Part shown: positions 40,657 to 49,503 of the stretch, one piece after another
Position numbering within the stretch: the first letter of the stretch is position 1
How the letters are laid out: each line of letters begins with the position of its first letter
Source: a bacterium HR15
Lineage (GTDB): Bacteria; Armatimonadota; Fimbriimonadia; Fimbriimonadales; GBS-DC
Assembly: GCA_002898555.1 (NCBI GenBank)
Contig: BEHR01000003.1
Span: forward strand, 28,289 to 92,288
DNA: 64,000 nt
Direction of reading: 5' to 3'
Translations under genes and position numbers: made by a program
The notes under the pieces: generated by a model
The model's database searches: none
The model's input: only the letters and a program-made list of their open reading frames with translations
Told to the model about the DNA's origin: nothing

Positions 40657-43600
40657 ATGCGCCAGAGTATGGTTGCTGCTGGTCGGAAGGTAATGCTGCT
40701 GATGGTGGTTGCTGGCACGATAGTGGGTTTCGTGAACGCGCAAACACGCCCACGACTTGAACCCAGACCTGTTCCTGCGCCAGTGGATTTCCCTCCTCCC
40801 GCAATCCCCTACATGTTCGGACTGAATATGAACTTCGAACGGGAGGGGTTGAACGGCAATCTTTACCAATATTACTGGTTCAACCCTTCGTTTTTGTATT
40901 ATCTTTTCCTGGATGATATACCTACTTTGGGACTGTATCGTGCCGATTTGCATCTTTTCCCAGTAACCAATGCCCTGTTTGGCAAGCATCTCACGGCAAG
41001 CAATGTGTTCCGCCCGTCCATTCTGCTTGTTAACTATCCGGCACACCGAAACTGGTGGATTTGCGATCTGGATAGTTCAAGTTCTATAGGGGATTATCTC
41101 ATTGAAGATATTTATGATAGTGCTATAAAACGAGTAAAAGAGGTACTTTACTCGCAACCTACCCCTTATCTTATCTGGGAGTTCTTTAACGAGCCTGAAG
41201 CGTTCTATCGATGGCAACCGCACTGGGCCGATCTACGGTGGAATAATGGATGGAATAGTAGCTCTATTAATATAGTCCACAGTTATCCCAAAGTGGCAAT
41301 GGTGCATGCAAAGGCGGTGCGAGATGTCTATAGCAAGCCATTGAAAGCTTTGACGGAGTGTGCTGGCTCCGCTACAGCATGGCAAATACTGCCTCGTCCA
41401 TTGATTCTCGGTGGTGGCTGGGGAAACCCCCAAAGCTCAATCATCGAGGAAGTTCTGCGCTACCAATTTGATCTTTTGTCTGAACTTGAAGATTGGAACA
41501 GCGATATCGATAGGCTAATTGGCAAACACCTTTATGAAGTTGTAGATGGTTTCAGCTTTCATACTTACTCTCCAAGCTTGCTTCCAGATTTTGATCAACT
41601 CTATTATAACCGAATGCGCAGGGTTGTTGTGCGCCATGCCCAGCGATTGATGCCTCTGGTGATGAGCGAACGGGGATATGCTACAGAAAGAGGACTAAGT
41701 TGTTATATTGATGCTGACAATAATGATGGTATTAGATGTAGGCTTAACCCTCCGCCTATCAATATCTATCCTGCCGAGTGCATGCAGGCGAACCAGTTGA
41801 TACGCCGGTACCTCACCGATATGTTCAACGAGGCACGCGGCAGTGTCTTTTACTGTAATGTTGACAAAGCAGATCCTTGTCAGGACGGCGCGGATGCATG
41901 TGATTCAACTCGCCTCGATCCTGAAGAGTTTTTCGGGATTTTCAAAGTGGATACTTCTTCGGGAAATCTCATTCCTAAACAGGCATATCTGGCACTGCGG
42001 CACTTTGTTCAAAGGCTGTATGGGTACGAGTACTTTGCTCGTATCTATCATGACTGGAATGGTGATGGCAGCTATACCATGAGCGATGAATCGGTATGGT
42101 GCCTGGTGTTTCGTCGCTGGAATGCCAGCACCAATCGTTATGATTACGCTCTCGTAGTATGGGCAAGTGGCTTTGCCGCTCCTAACAACATTTCTCTGCC
42201 GACACCACTAACGGGTACGCTACATTATCCTAATGGTGGTGCATGTAATAGTAGCGTTCCGTCATATTTTCGCCGCTGGGACCCGGATAGTTTTGTAGAT
42301 GATCCTTCTTCCCCTCGTTCCACAGTGCAGCTCTGGAGCGGGACAACCTTAGAGACAACCTTAGAGGGACCATACATTATCCATCTTACAGGTGTAGTAC
42401 CGCCATGGATTCGCTGGCGGCTCACGCCGGGCTTCACTGAGGCTGAAGCGCGTCCCGATGGAACAGCGAAAATTGTACTCCGGTTCACGGCGGGCCTGCC
42501 GCCTGGGCAGTATCGCCTCGAACTGCAAGTTGCTCGTCGGCAGGGAACAGGCTCTGGGTATGCGCAGTACTTTTTGACGGCTGATGAAGGTGGAATTAAT
42601 CAAAACATTGTCTTTTCGTTCCCCTGCACACGCGCGGAAGAGGTGAACTTGATACGCGCACGCTTGTCTATATTTGACCCGCTGCGTCGTCTTTGGGTGC
42701 CCTTGCCAGGGGAGCGCTGGGTGCGGGTGTATTTGACGAACCCCATCCGTCTTGATCTACGCCCAATAGAGTCGAGGGTGGATCGCTGGATCTTAGCCGA
42801 AATCAGCCACTTTCCTGGTCCCCGGGATAATAGCTCTCTTAATTGTAATTTAGAATACAAGGTTTATCAAGTTAATTCAGATGGCTCTACAGGAACACTA
42901 TTGTCACAAAGTAGAGGATCAATTTCCTGTGAGAACTCTCGTGAGATACGCAATCAGGTAGCATATGTTATGATACCGACAAATGATAATAGTAGTTCTG
43001 GATACGAAGTTCATGTCAGATTATTATCCCGCTCTGTGCCAGAAGAACCAGAAATCGCTTCTTGGAAACGCAGAATATACTTTTTGGATAAGTTCAATGT
43101 TAATGATGTGAATTGGTCCCAAGATTCTAACACCACCGCATATGATTCCGATCCTTGGCGCCCCCATACCTGGCAACCTACTCAACCTACTCTTGATTGT
43201 AGTAGTAACTCCACAAGGTGTAATTTTAATGTCCAGTACAAGAAAAACGGCAACGATGTTACGGTTCCATTTTATCCCTATTCCTTCCCTTGGAACTGGA
43301 ACTCGTCAACCACCGATTCCCCCAACTGGCAGCTCTACGAGGCAGGGATGTGGCGATATTTAGAACAGAGTAGCGGTAGTAACAACTGCACAGTTGACTC
43401 CATTCCCATCGGTTCCAACCATGTTGACTACTATCGCATGGATTTATGGATATCATTTTTTAATAGTAATTATACTATTGATGCAATTGCACATAACTAC
43501 CCCAGCAAGGAGGCAGACGAGGCGGCGCGTAACACACAACATGTGAATAGCTATAACTATCGTCCGCTGAGTCGAACCAGGCCGGGCTGGCGTTTCATTA

Positions 43601-43791
43601 GCGACATCATCTTCCCTGCCTATTTCGCCATCGCTTGGAAAGTGCCCGATAGCGATGATGCTTTATCTCCCACCTCGTTGAGCGTGAGAATCGGTGGCAC
43701 TCTGCCCAGCTGCGATGGACAATCTCGTTATAACCTCCAGATTGGCACAGGGGGAGTGATCTACATCCCGCTGGAAGACGCCTGGTATTGA
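40657..43791 (+). CDS. Large secreted clan GH-A-like glycoside hydrolase
   Basis: WEFFNEP acid/base, DGFSFHTY, VMSERGY nucleophile, FGIF..PKQAY. Confidence 0.7.
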   Translation: MRQSMVAAGRKVMLLMVVAGTIVGFVNAQTRPRLEPRPVPAPVDFPPPAIPYMFGLNMNFEREGLNGNLYQYYWFNPSFLYYLFLDDIPTLGLYRADLHLFPVTNALFGKHLTASNVFRPSILLVNYPAHRNWWICDLDSSSSIGDYLIEDIYDSAIKRVKEVLYSQPTPYLIWEFFNEPEAFYRWQPHWADLRWNNGWNSSSINIVHSYPKVAMVHAKAVRDVYSKPLKALTECAGSATAWQILPRPLILGGGWGNPQSSIIEEVLRYQFDLLSELEDWNSDIDRLIGKHLYEVVDGFSFHTYSPSLLPDFDQLYYNRMRRVVVRHAQRLMPLVMSERGYATERGLSCYIDADNNDGIRCRLNPPPINIYPAECMQANQLIRRYLTDMFNEARGSVFYCNVDKADPCQDGADACDSTRLDPEEFFGIFKVDTSSGNLIPKQAYLALRHFVQRLYGYEYFARIYHDWNGDGSYTMSDESVWCLVFRRWNASTNRYDYALVVWASGFAAPNNISLPTPLTGTLHYPNGGACNSSVPSYFRRWDPDSFVDDPSSPRSTVQLWSGTTLETTLEGPYIIHLTGVVPPWIRWRLTPGFTEAEARPDGTAKIVLRFTAGLPPGQYRLELQVARRQGTGSGYAQYFLTADEGGINQNIVFSFPCTRAEEVNLIRARLSIFDPLRRLWVPLPGERWVRVYLTNPIRLDLRPIESRVDRWILAEISHFPGPRDNSSLNCNLEYKVYQVNSDGSTGTLLSQSRGSISCENSREIRNQVAYVMIPTNDNSSSGYEVHVRLLSRSVPEEPEIASWKRRIYFLDKFNVNDVNWSQDSNTTAYDSDPWRPHTWQPTQPTLDCSSNSTRCNFNVQYKKNGNDVTVPFYPYSFPWNWNSSTTDSPNWQLYEAGMWRYLEQSSGSNNCTVDSIPIGSNHVDYYRMDLWISFFNSNYTIDAIAHNYPSKEADEAARNTQHVNSYNYRPLSRTRPGWRFISDIIFPAYFAIAWKVPDSDDALSPTSLSVRIGGTLPSCDGQSRYNLQIGTGGVIYIPLEDAWY

Positions 43792-43899
43792 GCTTTCTCT
43801 TTGTAGCACAGCAGGTGTGGCTGCCTGTAAGGGAATGTGGAGGGGTTTCTTTCCAGACAGGGGTATCGCACTTACTGTGCTTGCCCAACCGGGCGAGGA

Positions 43900-43980
43900 T
43901 GAGCCAGAGGGTAAACGCGCCCCCGGCGAGCGTGTTGCTCGCATCGGGCTGTCCAATGCGGGCAAGCGTACACCGCCGAG
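43900..43980 (-). pseudogene. Fragment of a secreted-protein motif
   Basis: IGQPDASNTLAGGAFTL with no intact ORF. Confidence 0.4.
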
Positions 43981-44000
43981 GGGAGGCGAACTGGGCGCGC

Positions 44001-45095
44001 TCAGCGTTGGACGGGTGCGCGTTGCACGCGCTTCCTACGACCCCCAAGGAGCCACTTGAACAGTTTCAGCGCGCCCTGCTCCCACGCCACACGATGCGTC
44101 ACGCCCGTGCCGACCTCCAGCCCCGACGCATGCTCCAGATACCATTCATAGGAACGAATCAGTGCCTCAGCGTTGCTGTAGCGTGCGCCCCAGCCGAGCT
44201 TCGCCTTCGCCCGCTCCACCGACACGAACGAATCCTTATCGGCAGTCTCATACACCCATTTGTAAAGGGGGGACAGTTTAAGCCACTCCAGAAGGCGCAG
44301 GACGAGCTTGACCAGCGCTGCGGGCGTGCCCATCGGTCGCGCCCCTGAACCTGCAAAATCGCATAACGCTTGCAAATCTTCACGCACGGTCTGAAACCGC
44401 TCCGCGCCAATATTGAAGGTGTCATTCGCTTGAGCAGGGTCCACCGTACAGACCAGCCAGTATGCTTCGCACAGATCGGACACCTCCAGCAGTTGATAGC
44501 GGTTGCGCCCGCTGCCAATCATCGGGATGCGTGCCCCCGATTCCACCCAGTCATACAGAATCTGGAACACACCGAGCCGCGCCGGTCCGATGAAGGTCTT
44601 GGGGCGAATAATCGGCACGATATGCCCCTTCTCGCGAAACTCCAGACAGACCTGTTCGGCAAGGATTTTGCTCTCGCCATAGGGACCGACCCCGATAAGC
44701 GGATCCGTTTCCTCGATAGGATGTTTCAGCGGCACGCCATACACCGCCGTAGAAGAGACATGGGCGACACGCTCCACGCCCACACGGAACGCCTCCTCCA
44801 GCACGATACGGGTGCCGTCCACATTGGTAGAGAAGATATCTTCCCGCCTCCAAAGGGGCAGCGCGGCAGCCCCATGGATAACCCATCGTGGACGCACCGT
44901 CTCTATGACTTGACGCACCGCCTCCCGATCGCGCACATCGCCTCGATAAAACTCGGTGCCCGACGGATATTCCGACTCCTCGTAGGGCACGATGTCCAAC
45001 AACGCAACGCGAACCCCTTTATCGGCAAAGTGGTGCGCCAAATGATAGCCCAAAAAACCTGCGCCTCCCGTAATCAGCACCTTGTCCATCATCAT
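44001..45095 (-). CDS. NAD-dependent epimerase/dehydratase
   Basis: ITGGAGFLG, SSTAVYG, YGESK. Confidence 0.92.
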   Translation of the reverse strand: MMMDKVLITGGAGFLGYHLAHHFADKGVRVALLDIVPYEESEYPSGTEFYRGDVRDREAVRQVIETVRPRWVIHGAAALPLWRREDIFSTNVDGTRIVLEEAFRVGVERVAHVSSTAVYGVPLKHPIEETDPLIGVGPYGESKILAEQVCLEFREKGHIVPIIRPKTFIGPARLGVFQILYDWVESGARIPMIGSGRNRYQLLEVSDLCEAYWLVCTVDPAQANDTFNIGAERFQTVREDLQALCDFAGSGARPMGTPAALVKLVLRLLEWLKLSPLYKWVYETADKDSFVSVERAKAKLGWGARYSNAEALIRSYEWYLEHASGLEVGTGVTHRVAWEQGALKLFKWLLGGRRKRVQRAPVQR

Positions 45096-45158
45096 GGGGA
45101 TTATACCATCCAGCGGGTATAATCTAACAGTAGGCGATTTGCCTATATGGAGGGAACT

Positions 45159-45482
45159 ATGGCAGCCAAAGCGGTTACGGAACACGAATGGGAAGCGGAA
45201 GTGTTGCAGTCGCCCGTGCCAGTGCTGGTCGACTTTTGGGCTATCTGGTGCGGTCCTTGTCGGTTGATTGCGCCTATTGTCGAGGAGCTGGCGGTTCAGT
45301 ACGCGGGAAAGCTGAAGGTGCTCAAGGTCGATGTGGATAAGGAGCAGAACCTGGCGATTCGGCACGGAATTATGAGCATCCCCACCCTGCTCCTGTTCAA
45401 AAACGGGCAAGTGGTGGATCAGATTGTAGGTGCACTGCCGAAAGGCGTGATCGAGGAGCGGGTGAAGCGGCATCTGGATTGA
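45159..45482 (+). CDS. trxA: Thioredoxin
   Basis: WCGPC, SIPT. Confidence 0.97.
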   Translation: MAAKAVTEHEWEAEVLQSPVPVLVDFWAIWCGPCRLIAPIVEELAVQYAGKLKVLKVDVDKEQNLAIRHGIMSIPTLLLFKNGQVVDQIVGALPKGVIEERVKRHLD

Positions 45483-45487
45483 GCGGT

Positions 45488-46616
45488 ATGGTAGACCTAC
45501 GGAGCATCAGTGAATCGTTGCAGGAGGCACGCCGACGCCTGATGGTGATCGGGGAGCATCTTTGACCTCGACGCGCTGAAATCGGAGCTGACGCGCCTGG
45601 AGCGCGAGACCGAAAGCCCCGATTTCTGGGCGGAGCCTGCGCGCGCACAAGCCGTCATGCAGCAAATCGCACGGCTCAAAGCACGAATCGAGCCGTATGA
45701 GCAGCTGCGAGCACAAGCGGACGAGTGCAGCGAGTGGCTGAGCCTGCTCCAGATGGAGTATGACGAAGCAACCGCGAACGAAGTGGCGGCGCAGGTGGAG
45801 CAGCTCAAGCGTGAGGTCGAAAAGCTCGACCTGCTGACCCTGCTTCGCGGGGAGTATGACCGTCAGAACGCCATCTTGGAGATCGATGCGGGCGCAGGCG
45901 GCACCGAAGCGTGCGACTGGGTGCAGATGCTGCTGCGTATGTATCTGCGCTGGGCACAAAAGCACGGTTTCCGCACCGAAATCGTGGATGAAACACCCGG
46001 CAGCGTCGTCGGCTACGCCAGCGTCGGCATTCTGGTAGAAGGCGACTACGCCTACGGACTGCTCAAATCGGAGCACGGCGTGCACCGCCTCGTGCGCATC
46101 TCCCCTTTTGACGCCAATAAACGACGCCATACCTCCTTCGCCTTAGTCGAAGTGATGCCCGAAATCGAAGAGGCGGAGATCCAGCTCCATCCCGAGGACC
46201 TGCGCATCGACACCTATCGGGCGAGCGGGCATGGCGGACAGCATGTGAACAAGACCGAATCGGCGGTGCGCATCACCCATATCCCGACAGGGATCACCGC
46301 CAGCTGCCAAAACGAACGCTCGCAACACCAGAACCGCGCCGTCGCGATGAAAGTGTTAGCCGCGCGTGTCGCGGAACATTACCGTCGCCAGCAGGAACAG
46401 AAACTGAAGCAGCTCAAGGGCGAGACCGTGCCCGCCGAGTGGGGACATCAAATCCGCTCCTATGTGCTTCAGCCCTACACACTGGTCAAAGACCACCGCA
46501 CAAACTATGAAACGAGCAATGTGCAAGCGGTGCTGGATGGCGAGATCGACGACTTCATCGAAGCGTACCTCCGCTGGAACGCTTCGCGCCAGTCCGTCGT
46601 AGATATACATGGGTAG
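45488..46616 (+). CDS. prfB: Peptide chain release factor 2 with programmed +1 frameshift
   Basis: 25-codon ORF ending CTT TGA C (45560-45566) with upstream GGGGAG; SPF and GGQ motifs in the +1 frame. Confidence 0.96.
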
Positions 46617-46667
46617 CAAATGGCGAAGCGGGTGTCTGCGCCCTGCCGATGGAAAACGGGTGAAGCG

Positions 46668-47309
46668 ATGCAGAGGGTCTGGTGTATCATCGCGCTGATG
46701 GGGCTGGTTCTGGGAGATGCCGTTGCCCAAACCATTTCCCTGCCTAAGTCCATCACGATGGAGAATGTGGGAGAGGGTTCCAATCCCATCGCCCAGACCA
46801 TCGTGGAAGCCATGCGCGCAGCGACCGGAGCGGACCTGGCAATGTTGGGCGCTGCCTTTCTTGACGAGACGGTGCAGTTCCCTGCGGGGCCGCTCTCGGT
46901 GGACGCGCTCCTGAAAGCCGTGCGCTACCCCGATGATGAGGTGGTGGTGCTGAGCCTCACGGGCGAACAGCTATTGCAGGCGCTGGAGCGCTCCGCGGAA
47001 CTCTATCCCCAGAAAAACAACGCCTTCCTGCAGCTCACGGGTGCCGAGGTGCGCTTCGACCCGAAAGCGGCGCCAGGCAAGCGGATACAGAGCGTGTTCA
47101 TCAGCGGCGCAAAACTGGATCCGAAGCGCACCTACCGAGTGGCAACCATTGCGCCCCTTGCCCGCGGCGCGCTCGGCTACTTCCGTATCTGGGGCAAGGA
47201 GCAAATCAGCACCAGCACGGGACGCAGCCTCGCGGAGGTGTTGCGCGACTACCTGCAGCGCACACGCTCGCTTATCGGTGAACCTGCTTGGGTCGCACAG
47301 GAGAGATAA
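46668..47309 (+). CDS. Secreted 5'-nucleotidase C-terminal-domain-only protein
   Basis: Signal peptide; LTGEQLLQALE, FLQLTG, LDPKRTYRVAT. Confidence 0.8.
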   Translation: MQRVWCIIALMGLVLGDAVAQTISLPKSITMENVGEGSNPIAQTIVEAMRAATGADLAMLGAAFLDETVQFPAGPLSVDALLKAVRYPDDEVVVLSLTGEQLLQALERSAELYPQKNNAFLQLTGAEVRFDPKAAPGKRIQSVFISGAKLDPKRTYRVATIAPLARGALGYFRIWGKEQISTSTGRSLAEVLRDYLQRTRSLIGEPAWVAQER

Positions 47310-47360
47310 GTGGCAATGCGCCTCCCCACCCCGACGAGGGAGCCGCCTTCATCGTTCTGA

Positions 47361-47552
47361 GCACCTCCCGCGCAAACCCCGATTCGCAACCGAACACGAC
47401 GGGTTAGCCACGCGTTTGGAACAATGCATCTCCCGCGCAAACCCCGATTCGCAACCCCCCTGGCCCACGAGTCAAATTAAGCCCGATCGAGGGGAGGTTC
47501 TGAATCGGGACTTGCATTTTGAGTTCGCAATGGGGTATAATAGAGGCGCAGG
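47361..47552 (+). promoter_or_regulatory. CRISPR leader with promoter
   Basis: Duplicated 31-mer at 47361 and 47426; TTGCAT-N18-TATAAT (47512-47541) just before repeat 1. Confidence 0.65.
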
Positions 47553-47735
47553 GTCCAAAGGGACAGCCCCTGCGCAGGGGATTGAAACAAATTGTTGCTT
47601 GCTCAACGGGGTTGGCCTGGGCATGGGATGTCCAAAGGGACAGCCCCTGCGCAGGGGATTGAAACGGTCTTAGCTTCTCTGTACCTCATCGTTGGTTCCG
47701 TCCAAAGGGACAGCCCCTGCGCAGGGGATTGAAAC
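47553..47735 (+). CRISPR. Orphan CRISPR mini-array: 3 identical 36-nt repeats, spacers of 41 and 34 nt
   Basis: GTCCAAAGGGACAGCCCCTGCGCAGGGGATTGAAAC at 47553, 47630 and 47700; CCCCTG/CAGGGG hairpin; ATTGAAAC 3' end. Confidence 0.93.
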
Positions 47736-47798
47736 CTCTCTGCGCAACGGAACCATTCCTCGCATCAGAGAGGTTCTCAGGGTATACTTTAAGCTGAA

Positions 47799-48200
47799 AT
47801 GAAACGCACTGATGAAGTCATACCAGGGTTCGAAGATTTTCTGGCGCAACCGCCCGAATGGGTAGACAACCCTGTCACGCGATTCAGAACGCTGCTGGCA
47901 ATCGCCTCCAACTGCCAAGATACGCCCAGCAAACACCAACCCCAACTGATGATGGATGCACTCGAAAAACTCGCCAACGATGTCCAGCACTTCCCCTTCG
48001 ATGCGGACGACCCCTACAGCCTCCTGTTCGCAGATGATGTCAGCTTCGTGCTTGAGATCGCATACCCCACCGCTATGGCAACCGACCCGCAACGGTTCAA
48101 ACAGATCGCAGCGCAAATCGAAAGCGCGATGCCCACCCCTGAAACGAAGGCGATACTCAAACGGATCGAGAACACCCTGGCTGGTAACGATGCGCAATAA
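47799..48200 (+). CDS. Small acidic hypothetical protein
   Basis: 133-aa ORF; TATACT 10 nt upstream. Confidence 0.65.
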   Translation: MKRTDEVIPGFEDFLAQPPEWVDNPVTRFRTLLAIASNCQDTPSKHQPQLMMDALEKLANDVQHFPFDADDPYSLLFADDVSFVLEIAYPTAMATDPQRFKQIAAQIESAMPTPETKAILKRIENTLAGNDAQ

Positions 48201-48301
48201 CGGGCCGAACCTACCCATGAAACGGCAGGACTTGACTTCTGCGATGCAGGGTCAAAGTCAGTGAGACAGGTGATGTGCGTAGAATCAGCGAGGGTATCCG
48301 C

Positions 48302-49495
48302 ATGCGTGAGGGTTTAGTGAAGGTACTGATTTTACGACGCGACGGGGTGCGCCAGCACTACTGGGTTCGCCCTGATAAGCTGCCGTCGTTCATCCGCGAG
48401 CAGCAGCGTCAGGGCAATACCGTGCTGGGCATGCCGACGCCTGCGCTCCAGATGGCGACGACGCCTGCGCAGCCTGACCCGCAACACGAGCAACAGCTGC
48501 ACCAGCTCTTGGAACAGCTGAAAAGCCGCGATGAGTGGGAGCGTCGTGCAGCCGCGTGGGAGTTAGGCGAGTTGGGCGATCCACGCGCGGTGCAACCACT
48601 CAGCCAAACATTGAGCCAAGATGAGTCCCCGCCTGTGCGTCGCGCAGCAGCACATGCGTTAGGCAAGCTGGGGGATCCACGCGCGGTAGAACCGCTCAGC
48701 AAAGCCGCACTGAACAACGATAAGCACCCCGATGTGCGTGTTGCAGCGGTTGAGGCGTTAGGCAAGCTGGGCGATAGGCGTGCAGTGGAACCACTCAGCA
48801 AAGCACTGATCAACGATGCGAACCGGTCAGTGCGTGCTGCAGCAGCGGAGGCGTTAGGCAGGCTGGGCGACAAACGCGCCGTAGACCCGCTCATCGAGGC
48901 AATGTACGATGAGGAAGTGACTGTGCGTGAAGCAGCAGCGATTGCGTTAGGCGAGCTGGGCGACCCACGCGCCGTAGAACCGCTTATTGAGGCACTGCAC
49001 GATAACAATGTTTATGTGCGTGCTGCAGCAGCGGAGGCGTTAGGCAAGCTGGGCGACCCACGCGCCACCGAACCGCTCATCGACACGCTGCGCCACGATG
49101 AGGAATGGACTGTGCGTGCTGCTGCAGCTCATGCGTTAGCCGAGCTGGGCGACAAGCGCGCCGTAGACCCGCTCACCTTAGCCGTCTTTGAAGATGCCGA
49201 TCGGGGAGTGCGCAAGGCAGCCATCAAGGCGCTGACTACGATGGTGTTCAGTGAGGGGGAGGCGTGGAAGCCAGCCGAAGAGACCCTGTACAGGCTCCTC
49301 GGCTCGAACTTCGACGAGCAGCTCGTGCTCGCGGCGCTGGACACGCTCTCCGCCTATACAGGTCATCCGAGGATTCGTGGTGCGTTGCGTGAATTGCTGT
49401 ATGATCTCGCCAAGTTTGCACGCAGCGAGCAGGTACGGGAGCGTGCGCGGGCGCTCTTTCAAGCGATTCCTTCTGAGGAGACGGCAGTTTCGTAG
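48302..49495 (+). CDS. PBS-lyase-type HEAT-repeat protein with shared N-terminal module
   Basis: 7 full + 1 partial VRxAAAxALGxLGDxRAVEPL repeats; start may be 48275. Confidence 0.88.
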   Translation: MREGLVKVLILRRDGVRQHYWVRPDKLPSFIREQQRQGNTVLGMPTPALQMATTPAQPDPQHEQQLHQLLEQLKSRDEWERRAAAWELGELGDPRAVQPLSQTLSQDESPPVRRAAAHALGKLGDPRAVEPLSKAALNNDKHPDVRVAAVEALGKLGDRRAVEPLSKALINDANRSVRAAAAEALGRLGDKRAVDPLIEAMYDEEVTVREAAAIALGELGDPRAVEPLIEALHDNNVYVRAAAAEALGKLGDPRATEPLIDTLRHDEEWTVRAAAAHALAELGDKRAVDPLTLAVFEDADRGVRKAAIKALTTMVFSEGEAWKPAEETLYRLLGSNFDEQLVLAALDTLSAYTGHPRIRGALRELLYDLAKFARSEQVRERARALFQAIPSEETAVS

Positions 49496-49503
49496 AATCG
49501 AGC

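Noticed and set aside
48530-49230. ~93-99-bp DNA repeats
   Set aside because: Explained by HEAT protein repeats.
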